A program made the translations under genes and the position numbers. 64,000 nucleotides of DNA from Macrostomum lignano (taxonomy: Eukaryota): NCBI GenBank assembly GCA_002269645.1, contig NIVC01000584.1:1-64000 (forward strand). The letters run 5' to 3'. Below are positions 11,901 through 22,261 of this stretch, piece by piece. Under the pieces are notes generated by a model that was not told the origin of the DNA, did not search any database, and was given only the letters and a program-made list of their open reading frames with translations. How positions within the stretch are numbered: the stretch's first letter is position 1; each line of letters opens with the position of its first letter.

Positions 11901-14900
11901 GACTGCGCACCCAAATTCTACAGGCGTTATGTTGACGATACCTTCGCCATCTTCAATAACAAGAACAAAATTGACCGTTTCTTTGATGCTCTCAACTCTA
12001 CACACACTAACATCCAGTTAACTTCTGAGGTTGCTTGCGACCAGAGGCTCCCGTTCCTTGACCTCGACATTGATTTTAATTGCGGAACCCTCTCGACCAA
12101 AGTTTTTCGGAAAAGCACGTTTACAAATCTCATCCTCAACTTCAATGCTTTGTGTCCTAGACAATGGAAATCTGGCCTGATTAGATGTCTGCTCCACAGA
12201 GCTTTTAGTGTCTGTAACACCTGGACTAACTTTGACCAAGAAGTGAATTTTCTGACCAGGATGTTTCAACAAAATGGTTATCCTCGTGCGTTTATTCACT
12301 CTCACATTCACAAATTCGTCGCTGAGAAAATCGCCAATCAGCCTAGCGCTAAAGCCGATCCCATCGATCTCAACGAACCAACTCTTGTCCTCCCTTTCTT
12401 TGGATATCCTTCTCAACTTTTCAAAAATAAAATCCGCAAATTATTCCGCAACTTGCTTTAATTGCAACATCCGTGTCATCTTTCGTTTTGCTGAGGTTGG
12501 CAACTTGTCGGTCGGTTGAAGTCACGTGTTCCCTGTGCTCTTCGTGCTGGTGTCGTTTATCAGTTCAACTGCTCTGATGACCAGAGCGTCTCCTACGTGG
12601 GGAAGACAAAAAGGCACCTGCATACTAGAATCAGGGAGCACTGGCTGAAACCGTCGGATATCCAGAACCACCTCTTAGAATGGATTAATAGAATGAACTG
12701 CAAACCCGAAGAGCGCTTCAAAGTCATTGATCAATGCTCTTTTGACTCCAAACTCCAGATACTTGAAGCGCTGTGCATTAAAGCGCATTCCCCCAACATC
12801 AACACCCAACTCCAACACAGTGGCGCGGGACATGTCCTCCGTGTGTTCTGAGGGAGGGGGCACTGGATGTACTTCTACTATATAACTCTAACTAATTATA
12901 CTTCTAACTATTTCAACTACCATTCCGTCCCTGGACTTTGCCTCTCGACTTTTGGACCAATAAACTAATGTTGATTTTCGCCTTCCTATTTATCTTACTT
13001 GTCAAGCGAGCAACTTTACCTGAATAATGTGATTAGTATTTGTATTCCATTCCATAACAGGTCATGTCTAAAGAATAACACGTCAACCACAAGCAGCGAC
13101 TCGGCCTTCCAGTCTGTGGAGGCTGCTAATCGGCATAAGAAGAAGCTGCTGTATCGCCTGGGTCCGAAGGGCTTGAGGGATTTGCGCACCGCCTACGATC
13201 ACTGTTGTCCCGGGTGAGTGCCCGCTGGCAGCTGGCCGGTGACTTGTGCAATTCTCGCCCATTTAAGAGCCAACCCCCAAAGCACAGTTTGTGTGCAGCA
13301 GCTGTACATCCTGTATGAGCGTATGTGCCTGCTCAGGGATCAGCGGAATGGGCGTTTCTCTCTGACTGCGTGTTGATTGTTGATTTGCCCACCAACCTCC
13401 TCAGATTAGCAGGCTCGGAGAATGGCAGCTCTGCCGCCCAGTGCCAGCCAGTCTCGCCTGACAAACGCAAGAATCGTCGAAAGCGAAAGCGAGCCCCGTC
13501 GCCAATGTCGTGCGACTCGGTCTCGGGTGACGTGGACATGAGGGACGTAGAAAATGGAGATGCACAGACCCCTTCTGCTGAAGTTCCGGTAGTGGTGAGT
13601 GCAGGATTTGGCTTCCATCTCATAGTTTAAGTCGCAGATCTTAAAATTTAAACAGCACTAGATACCCATTGTTCGTTTAAAAAACATATTCCTTATGTCG
13701 CTAATGGTTTTAAATTTTGCGTCTTTTACGGGAGCACGAGAAATGCCTGCAGACAAATTGCCCGCCGAGATTTGCTCGCAATGCTTTTTTACTGCAGCCC
13801 ATTTGGCAGCTAGATTCTGTCTGCATTGCCCCACCCCCAAAAGCAAACCTCGGCGGGCAACTCGCTCGCGGGCAATTCACTCGCGGGAAAATTGCAGTGC
13901 GGGCAAACCTCGGCGGGCAAATCTCGGCGGGCAATACTCACGGACCCGTCTTTTACTACTAGTGGCCCTTTGCAACAAATAAGCAGTGCGAATAGCAAAT
14001 TATTTGCAAAGTGCTGCTATTATTACTTTGAAGTCACTGACACTCCAGCCCGCAGCGCCTGGCGAGCAGCAGACAACTGTGCTTAGTATTGTGACTGCTC
14101 ATTTGCCTGTCGCCACTTTCAAGCGCACCGAGAGAGCTGTTGGGGAGATTCAGCGTCCTGGAGATGATCACTTCTGTCCGGGGTGAGTGCCCGCCTGACT
14201 TAACAGCTATCGCGTCTGAATCTTCAACCAACCCCCAAGGCACAGTTTGTGTACATGCCTGACAATAGGAAAGACAGGGCTGCTGTGCACTCTGCCTGTG
14301 TGAGCGTGTGCCTGTCTGCTCAGGGGGCAGCGGAATAGGCATGACTGCTCACTTCCTCTCTGGCTGCGGGTCGACTGACGCCTTGACTTGCACAAAGACT
14401 CCTGTAAACTAGCTATGGAATCGGACCAGTTATTAACTTTATTGACACGGGGGGCCGTAGCCCAGCGGTAGCGCAGCTGCTCTGGTGTGCCAGCGACCCA
14501 GGCTCGATTCCAAGTGCAGTCACATTAATTTGGGGCTGAATTGGAATCTCGGCTTGGCTCTGCTCGTGCAATTAACGGCCTTGAGAGCCAACACCCCAAG
14601 GCGCAGTGAAGTGTACATGCCTAACGATAAAAATAAAGTTAGGGCCGCTGTACACTCCTGTGTGAGTGTGTGCCTGCGTACGTATCCGCGCGCTTGTATG
14701 CCTGCTCAGGGGAGTCGGCGGAATGGGCAGTCGGCGGAATAGGCAGTAATACCTCTCGCCGGTTGTGTGCCTATGTCGCTTAAAGTGCGCCAGGGTGCAC
14801 ACAACCCCCCTGCCTCTAATAAAAAAAACTTTCTTGACCTTGATGTTTTACTAGGCTCAAGTTGAAAACGGGAGTTTTTTGTTGTTTTTTACTTCATTAG

Positions 14901-15434
14901 GAAATTCGTAGTCAAGAATAAATACTGAAGTAATTCATTTCATTTTTAATGGAAAATTTATTTCGGTTGTCAATATTTGAAGTAGCTAAGGATTGCTTAA
15001 GATGAAAGAGAGTAAACTGGGCCAGAGGTAAAAATGCTTAATAAAAGTTTATGCACCCTGTGAAAAACTCAACCGAGCTTATTAAGATATATGGCGTATT
15101 CGAAATAGAATCGTAGAGACTATAGGGAATACTAAGATTGTAAAGTTTTTCAGCAGCGAACCTGGTCCAGAAGATTCAACTGCCAATGGTATGGTCAAAC
15201 AATATAGGGATACAATTGGGCTTTGTGCCAATTTATTAGTTATGGGATTTCTGAGAAATGATAATAAAAACAGTGTAGCGGAAAAATAGTCTTTATTAAA
15301 GGGAAGGAGACGAATTCTAAAAACAACTCATTCATTGTGCCAGACCCGAGCAGGAAGTGCCGCCGCCTCCTGCCAAGAAGCTGAAGTCTTCCGCTGGCAG
15401 ACAGCGCAAGTTGCCGAGCACCCGACCGATGTAA
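8982..15434 (+). CDS. 11-exon orphan gene, 736 aa: 11-aa repeat tract, divergent ETS-like winged-helix domain, two NLS-like motifs
   Basis: Exons 8982-9092, 9172-9264, 9505-9651, 9746-9844, 9919-10721, 10918-11247, 13061-13213, 13268-13320, 13413-13594, 14034-14182, 15344-15434. All introns GT-AG, phases match, sum 2211 nt = 737 codons with no internal stop. KRKNRRKRKR and PPAKKLK motifs. Confidence 0.65.
9928..10568 (+). repeat. Coding 33-bp VNTR, 19 full copies (APCTE[A/S]P[P/L]SDG)
   Basis: Unit GCTCCGTGTACTGAGGCTCCTCCCTCTGATGGA inside exon 5. Confidence 0.97.
11587..12994 (+). mobile_element. Penelope-like element, 5'-truncated, with an inverted pLTR at its 5' side
   Basis: RT tail RRYVDDTF...LPFLD...RK.T (11892-12461), frameshift, GIY-YIG endonuclease GVVYQFNC...YVGKTKRHLHTRIREH (12516-12851). 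11763-11852 is the reverse complement of 12856-12965. Confidence 0.93.
11622..11661 (-). ncRNA. Minimal type I hammerhead ribozyme (Penelope-type)
   Basis: Minus strand: TAGC-CTGAAGA-T-GCAC agtttc GTGC-GAAAC-gt-GTC^-GCTA. Helix I TAGC/GCTA, helix II GCAC/GTGC, core CUGANGA and GAAA intact, near-palindromic short helix III. Predicted cleavage between 11626 and 11625. Confidence 0.88.
13730..13947. mobile_element. Mutator-like MITE (218 bp), family A
   Basis: GGG...CCC ends, inverted subterminal CCCGCCGAGATTTG repeats, exact 9-bp TSD GTCTTTTAC (13721-13729 / 13948-13956). Confidence 0.85.
14451..14522 (+). pseudogene. tRNA-derived sequence (pseudo-tRNA or SINE head)
   Basis: A box TAGCCCAGCGG and B box GGCTCGATTCC at tRNA spacing. 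Acceptor and T stems do not pair properly. Confidence 0.6.
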
Positions 15435-15590
15435 TCAGTTGCAAACTGTCTTTTAGCTTGTTTGTAAAGACATTTTACCTTCTTTATTACAAAGCTTCTC
15501 ATTTCATTGCTTGATCGTTAATAGAATTTCCCTAATCTACGTGCAATTTTTTGCTTGTAGGATTTGTGAAGCGGGGGGTTCAGGGCTCCC

Positions 15591-16034
15591 GGGCTTCCTG
15601 CTAGCAACTTTCGGCCAACAAAATTCCTGCTAGCAAACTTCGGCTAGCAGATTTCGGCTAGCAAACTTCGGCTAGCAGATTTCGGCTAGCAAACTTCGGC
15701 TAGCAGATTTCGGCTAGCAAACTTCGGCTAGCAGATTTCGGCGGGGGGGTTTCATAAGACCGAAATTTCACAACGCCGAAAATTCTGCATGCTCCTTATT
15801 GTATTAAGTTTTCTACGATGTGAAATTTCGGTCTTATGAAGTTTCGGTCTTGTGAAGGGCCCTGCATTTTGAGTTTTCGGCGTTGTGAAATTTCGGTCTT
15901 ATGAAGTTTCGGTCTTGTGAAGGGCCCTGCATTTTGAGTTTTCGGCGTTGTGAAATTTCGGTCTTATGAAAGCGACCCGATTTCGGCTAGCCAACCTCTG
16001 CTAGCAGGTTTCCTGCTAGCAAATTTCATAGACC
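15591..16034. mobile_element. One-ended foldback/MITE remnant made of TTCGGCTAGC repeats
   Basis: Tandem (A)GATTTCGGCTAGCAAACTTCGGCTAGC units ending CCTGCTAGCAAATTTCATAGACC, similar to the family A right end at 57862-57884. No inverted left end. Confidence 0.55.
15743..15978. mobile_element. Mutator-like MITE (236 bp), family B, nested in the previous element
   Basis: TIR TTTCATAAGACCGAAATTTCACAACGCCGAAAA at both ends. 9-bp TSD GATTTCGGC (15734-15742 / 15979-15987). Confidence 0.88.
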
Positions 16035-16961
16035 AGTTAAACCGGCGCCTTCGTCAAGAAAGCAGTATTGGTGTAGTGTTTATTTTTTAACCTTTACTTT
16101 TTAGCGTCAGATTTTTTGAGTAATAAGTTTGTTATATTGCACTCTTGTATAAATGTGGGACGGTCACATTTTTACTGTGACGGTTTTGTTGTTACAGTTG
16201 TGACCCTGAAACAACAGTTTCATATATGACCGTCTATTTATGACCGTCCCATTATTTTTATTGGAGTATTAATAGATCTCTGTTGTGTATTATGATATTA
16301 TAGGGTTAAATAGATCACTACTGTGTGCTCATATGACACCGCGCACTGCGTTAAAAGACACGAGTCTTTAATGACAAGCTAGGTTGTACCATAGACTAAA
16401 TGCGTGAACTGCATAGCTAGCGAGTAGCGACGATTATTGCACAGTCAAGCTACACTCGCACAGATTAGGACCGTTTATTTAAATTAGTTGATATATCTAT
16501 TGTTTTTTAGAATCTACTATCCAGCGTGTGATCATGGCATGCATTCATTCCCTGTTTCATCTTTTATATTCTTGATTATGCTTCCCGGTATAGTCTATGC
16601 CCACGCGGCCTACATGTATATACATGTATGTATTCATATTTGAAAATCAAGTCTATATGCTAAAATTCTTTCCTAAAAATGTAAAAAAGATCCCAGCGTG
16701 TGCATTTGAACAGTCTTCTGCCGTCCAGTTTGTTTAATATGAAACGTCTGCATCAAACAGAACATCCCCTCTTGCAGTGGAGCAGGTAGTGCCCGGATTC
16801 GAAGCGAGTTGTAAATTTTTGTCTCTCGATGATTCTCTCGATGCGACCTCACGCTCTTAACTGTACACAACAATAACAAAATATAAATAGTGTTGCAAAA
16901 CATGTTTCCACCTTATTATTCTAAATTGTAAACTGTCTTCTTCTTCAGTTCATTTTTGGGC

Positions 16962-18349
16962 CCTAATTCCCCACCCTCAGCTCATGTCCTATAATTCCCC
17001 ACTCTCAGCTCATGTCCTATAATTCCCCACCCTCAGCTCATAGCCTATAATTCCCCACCCTCAGCTCATAGCCTATAATTCCCCACCCTCAGCTCATGTC
17101 CTATAATTCCCCACCCTCAGCTCATGTCCTATAATTCACCACCCTCAGCTCATAGCCTATAATTCCCCACCCTCAGCTCATAGCCTATAATTCCCCACTC
17201 TCAGCTCATGTCCTATAATTCCCCACTCTCAGCTCATAGCCTATAATTCACCACCCTCAGCTCATATCCTATAATTCACCACCCTCAGCTCATAGCCTAT
17301 AATTCCCCACCCTCAGCTCATAGCCTATAATTCCCCACCCTCAGCTCATAGCCTATAATTTACCACCCTCAGCTCATAGCCTATAATTCCCCACCCTCAG
17401 CTCATGTCCTATAATTCCCGACTCTCAGCTCATGTCCTATAATTCCCCACTCTCAGCTCATGTCCTATAATTCCCCACTCTCAGCTCATAGCCTATAATT
17501 CACCACCCTCAGCTCATAGCCTATAATTCCCCACTCTCAGCTCATAGCCTATAATTCACCACCCTCAGCTCATAGCCTATAATTCCCCACCCTCAGCTCA
17601 TGTCCTATAATTCCCCACTCTCAGCTCATGTCCTATAATTCCCCACTCTCAGCTCATGTCCTATAATTCCCCACTCTCAGCTCATAGCCTATAATTCACC
17701 ACCCTCAGCTCATAGCCTATAATTCCCCACCCTCAGCTCATAGCCTATAATTCCCCACTCTCAGCTCATGTCCTATAATTCCCCACTTTCAGCTCATAGC
17801 CTATAATTCCCCACTCTCAGCTCATGTCCTATAATTCCCCACTCTCAGCTCATAGCCTATAATTCCCCACTCTCAGCTCATAGCCTATAATTCCCCACTC
17901 TCAGCTCATAGCCTATAATTCCCCACTCTCAGCTCATGTCCTATAATTCCCCACTCTCAGCTCATGTCCTATAATTCCCCACTCTCAGCTCATGTCCTTT
18001 AATTCCCCACTCTCAGCTCATGTCCTATAATTCCCCACTCTCAGCTCATAGCCTATAATTCCCCACCTTCAGCTCATGTCCTATAATTCCCCACCCTCAG
18101 CTCATGTCCTATAATTCCCCACTCTCAGCTCATAGCCTATAATTCCCCACTCTCAGCTCATAGCCTATAATTCCCCACCCTCAGCTCATGTCCTATAATT
18201 CCCCACCCTCAGCTCATGTCCTATAATTCACCACCCTCAGCTCATGTCCTATAATTCCCACCCTCAGCTCATGTCCTATAATTCCCACCCTCAGCTCATG
18301 TCCTATAATTCCCACCCTCAGCTCATAGCCTATAATTCCCCACCCTCAG
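16962..18349. repeat. 28-bp minisatellite, about 49 copies
   Basis: Unit ATTCCCCAC(C/T)CTCAGCTCAT(AG/GT)CCTATA, no spacers. Confidence 0.97.
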
Positions 18350-18423
18350 TTTAAACAAACTACCCCAATCCCATCGTTAATTCAGAGTTTGGGGTGAAAA
18401 CTTGGCTAAATGAAATTCCTTTC

Positions 18424-18717
18424 ATGCGAATGTCGTCCTCAGCGCCCGCCGCCTTCCAGGCCCCATCGGCCAACCAGGTGCGCCAGAATCGCCAGATTTT
18501 GGAGGAGCTGCAGGAGCAGAAGAAGCGTCTCGGTTCCGCCGGCCCCAAAGCAGGACGGGAGAGCGGCAGCGACTCTTCTGCTTCCGGAAAGCAGTCGCAG
18601 CAGCAACAGCAGCAGCAGTTTGTACAGCCTAGCGACTCGTTTGGGACATTTTTGAAGCAGGACAGCCTGCTGGGCAATGCCATGATCCCCGTGCTGCCCC
18701 GGATTCCCCCGCCATGA
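18424..18717 (+). CDS. INIP: SOSS complex subunit C (INTS3 and NABP interacting protein), single coding exon
   Basis: FQ...NRQILEELQEQKKRL and C-terminal GTFLKQDSLLGNAMIPVLPRI match the SOSS-C motifs as I recall them (FQNKNRVAILAELDKEKRKL; GYFITQDSAFGNLILPVLPRL). Confidence 0.85.
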   Translation: MRMSSSAPAAFQAPSANQVRQNRQILEELQEQKKRLGSAGPKAGRESGSDSSASGKQSQQQQQQQFVQPSDSFGTFLKQDSLLGNAMIPVLPRIPPP

Positions 18718-19015
18718 TCTGGAGATTCCCCGCCACGATTCTCTGAGATTCCCCTGCCATTATCTTCTGGGGATTCCATTTCAGGATTTCCCCAGCATTC
18801 AGGATTCTCCTGCCATGTTCCTCTCCCCTTTAGGGTTCCTCCGGATTTCGAGATTCCCCCGCCATGGTCTTTTGGAGATTCCCCTTGCCATGATCTGGGG
18901 ATTCCCCCGCCATGATCTGGAAATTCCACGCCACGATTCTCTGAGATTACCCTGCCATGGTCCTCTGTGGATTCCCCTCAGGATTTCCCACCATGATCAT
19001 CTAAGGATTCCCCGA
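18715..19015. repeat. Degenerate GATTCCCCGCCATGATCT-type minisatellite in the INIP 3' region
   Basis: Repeated GATTCCCC(C/T)GCCA(C/T)GAT units starting at the stop codon. Confidence 0.75.
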
Positions 19016-20085
19016 CTAGCTGATCATGCACGTTGTACTACATACTTATTAACATGCGCGATACATTGATTAAGAAAGCCCTTCACGAAAGAAAGATTTT
19101 CAAAAAATATATTTAGGATTTTGACCCTAACGATAGAAAAGATTTAGAAACAGAAATGATTATTAGTGAGACTTTAAGCCTTTAAGTTGGAGATATATTG
19201 TAGCAGACGCAGACAGACTTGCAGATGATAAGCATTTTAATCAGCTTAAAGTGTGCTCATTATTTACAAGTATTACGAGCTACTACGGGTACAGAGAGTT
19301 TCGTCGGTTTCGCTTCAGTTTGCTCGTGCCGAAATAGAAGATGCGACAAATCAATTTACGTCCAAATCGTGTAGTGTTAGTGTTGGATTCATACTACTCA
19401 CCACACAGTAGTTAAGGTTGTTCCTTATGCTTTGGTTGCGTTTAAGCTTCTGTACTGTACATATATTTAAGTGAATCTTAAACCCAATCAAATCAAAATA
19501 TAATGAAAGCTTTCGTCCTCATTGAGTCATGCTGAGGCCAGTTGCAGCTATTATAAATTAATTTTACTAATCATTTATCTGGCATTTAAATCTTCATCAA
19601 AATCATCTGCCTGTACCTTGATTCGAAATAAAGGCAAATTGCTCCCGCGTGTCGAGTTTGAAGTTCTCAGACAGAGACGCGACGGCTTAACTTTTGTTCT
19701 TTTAGCTTGGCTATTGCTAATTTTAAATAAGGTGCGTTGATGACACCTGCAACCGTTTAATTGTGTTTGTCAATTTTCATCAATAGCATAAATATAAGAG
19801 TACTGTTCCATTGGAAGTTGATTGATTCTCACTCAAACTAAACAGAAGGGTGTTAGTTTCTTATAAAAGTGTTTTTTTCTCGGGTATAAGAACCTGTAGT
19901 ACAGTTTCTGAATGCATTAATATGCGCTTGTATCTGTCTCTGCTCACGTGTCCTCTGCCTTCCTTGTCTGTCTGCCTTGTCCGCCTTTCATTGGGCCTGT
20001 CTCTTCATCGCATTCACCTGTCTATCTGTCTGTCCGTCTGTCTATCTATCTGTCTGTCGGTCTGTCCGTGTCTGTCTGTCTGTCC

Positions 20086-20121
<36 letters not shown>

Positions 20122-20286
20122 GACTCTCTGTCTATCTTGTCCTGCATCAGTTTTTCTATTCCCGGGCCTGCAGGTGATGCGCAGTGAATCAAAACAGATT
20201 CAGTTTCGCCACTGGTCAGGCAGGTAGGAAACCGCTGACAATCCTTGAAGCCAAAGTTTCACCGATGGCAGAAATGCGCTTTGCAG

Positions 20287-22208
20287 ATGCAGCAGCCGGC
20301 AGAGCAGCTTCATCTCATCGACTGCCACGCTCACCTGGCCGACGCCTGCTTTCTTGAGGTATTGATGGGTTTTCACTGGATTGCCAATTCAGCTTGGGTA
20401 GATTTGAGCTGCTGACTTGAACTCTATTTTCCCCCAAAACATGCTTTAGGATATTGACACGGTCGTCCAGAAAGCGATTGAGGTGTGTTCTTTTATAAGA
20501 TTGCTGTTTTTAATCTTCTATCTCTCAACTTTCAAGTGCCCCTTCAACATATTTTTAGAACGGTGTCCAACAAGCCATTGTTGTTAGCGAAAGCATTGAG
20601 AATTTTGATCGCATCTTTGAGCTGCAGTCCAGGTTGGTTATTGGGGTGCTTCTTTTTGGGCAACATTACAAAACATCCTGATTAACCCTGAAGTGCACCT
20701 GAGCATAGCCACTTAGGCGCTTTTAGAGTCGACCCTGAGGTGCACTAAATTACATGTACATCATAAAATGTCTTTTGAGCTTTGAAATTTACGTAAATTG
20801 CTCCTGGGGCTGTATACCTGAAGTACACCTGAGTCTATCCTGAAATGAAACGTATAAATCGATGTTAAATGCAAAATGTCAGCATACTAAAGGTGTTTTA
20901 CAATAAATTTCCTGCTTGGGACACCTAGCTCGTAGTTGTTTACCTAGAATGTGCTTGGGCAAGACTCCCGAATGTACAGGCGAGACTCCTCTAGTGCAAT
21001 TTCTATCTTTATGTTTTAATTCCCCTTAGTTTTTTTTCCTTGAGTTTCCTCAGTTAAAAAGGCTATAATCTCCTAACGGGTTGCTTCTCTGAGAGCCCAA
21101 CTGCCCTAATTACCGATACTTCTGCGACTGGAAACTACTATTAGTAACGTAAAAGCAACTTCTATCCTGTTCCTAAATTTATGCCCTATTACACGAACAA
21201 CACCTGAAAGCTGTATCCAAAATACATGAGACTCGACCATAAAGAACCATCGCCGTTGATGTACATCTGAATATCTTAGATCTGACCCTAAGAACGTCCC
21301 ATAATCTAAAATGCTTAAGTAACTATTAGCGGCTAAAAAGTTAAACTCGTTGCCTTTTCCAATCTTTCCCATTGCCCTCTCCTCAGACACCCGTCCTTCA
21401 TCCGGCCCTGTCTGGGTGTCCACCCCGTGCAGCAGGCGGGCGGCCCCGGCCTCCTGGTCGGTGGCGAGTCCCGCAACCGTTGCGTCCAACTTGACGACCT
21501 CGAGAAGGCGATGCCAGCGATCGAGGCGGCCGCCGACCGCCTGATTGGCGTTGGTGAGGTCGGCCTGGACTTCACGCCGCGCTGGTGCCCCGACGAGGCG
21601 GCCAGGGAGACGCAGAAGGCCGTGCTGCGTCGGCAGGCCGAGTTCGCCCTGCGGCACGACCTGACGCTGAATGTGCACTCCAGGTGCGCCTGTCTGCTGC
21701 CTGTCTGCCTAGTTATTAGTAATTAATAGCTAGTTAACAAGTCGTCATGACTCAAGCTGTTCCGCTGTGCAAATTTGCAACCGACACTCCCCCCCCCACG
21801 CCCAGATCTGCCGGTCACCACTGCATCGAGCTGCTGCACTCGCTAGGTGTGCGGCGCGCCCACCTGCACGCATTCAACGGCCGGCCACACTACGCGGTGA
21901 CGGGCGCCCAGCTGGGCTATTACTTCTCCATCCCGCCTGAGGTGGTCCGCGACTCCGGCAAGCAGCGCCTGGTGGCGGCCCTGCCGCTGGACCGCCTGTT
22001 GCTCGAGACCGACTCGCCCGTGCTGGGCCCGACCGTCGACCAGAGAAACGAGCCGTCCAATGCTCGGCTTGTGCTGGAGTTCATCGCCAAGGACAAGGCC
22101 ATCTCGACTGAGGCCGCCGCGGCCGCTTTGCTAGACAACACGATGAAGGCCTATCCGAGACTGGCCAGGGCACAGGGGGTCCCGGTGGGAGACTCAGAGT
22201 GTGACTGA
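20287..22208 (+). CDS. TATDN3: TatD family DNase, TATDN3-like, 5 exons
   Basis: Exons 20287-20358, 20450-20482, 20559-20632, 21387-21683, 21806-22208, in phase. IDCHAHL, CLGVHPVQ, GEVGLDF, LNVHSR, LHAF, LETDSP, RNEP motifs. Confidence 0.93.
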
Positions 22209-22261
22209 AGTCCAACTAACGTGACTACCAATCAGATTCTTTTCAGTAGGGGAAAGTAGGA

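Larger units (their letters stand above)
13200..14750 (+). repeat. Three diverged copies of an exon-end/intron module
   Basis: CCAAC(A)CCCCAA(A/G)GC(A/G)CAGT...GTGT...TGCTCAGGG...GCGGAAT(A/G)GGC at about 13270-13351, 14228-14340 and 14589-14742. The first two follow GATCAC..TGTCC.GG|GTGAGTGCCCGC. Confidence 0.7.

Noticed and set aside
11250-13067. AGGTCATGT at both ends of intron 6 as a TSD
   Set aside because: Removing the interval leaves an in-frame TAG, and AG|GT overlap at splice sites explains part of the match.
16156-16251. 11-bp inverted repeat TGGGACGGTCA as a MITE
   Set aside because: Short, no TSD, no second copy in the window.
16962-18349. Tandem arrays as CRISPR repeats
   Set aside because: Units are contiguous with no unique spacers, no cas genes are present, and the context is eukaryotic. 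The same applies to all arrays here.
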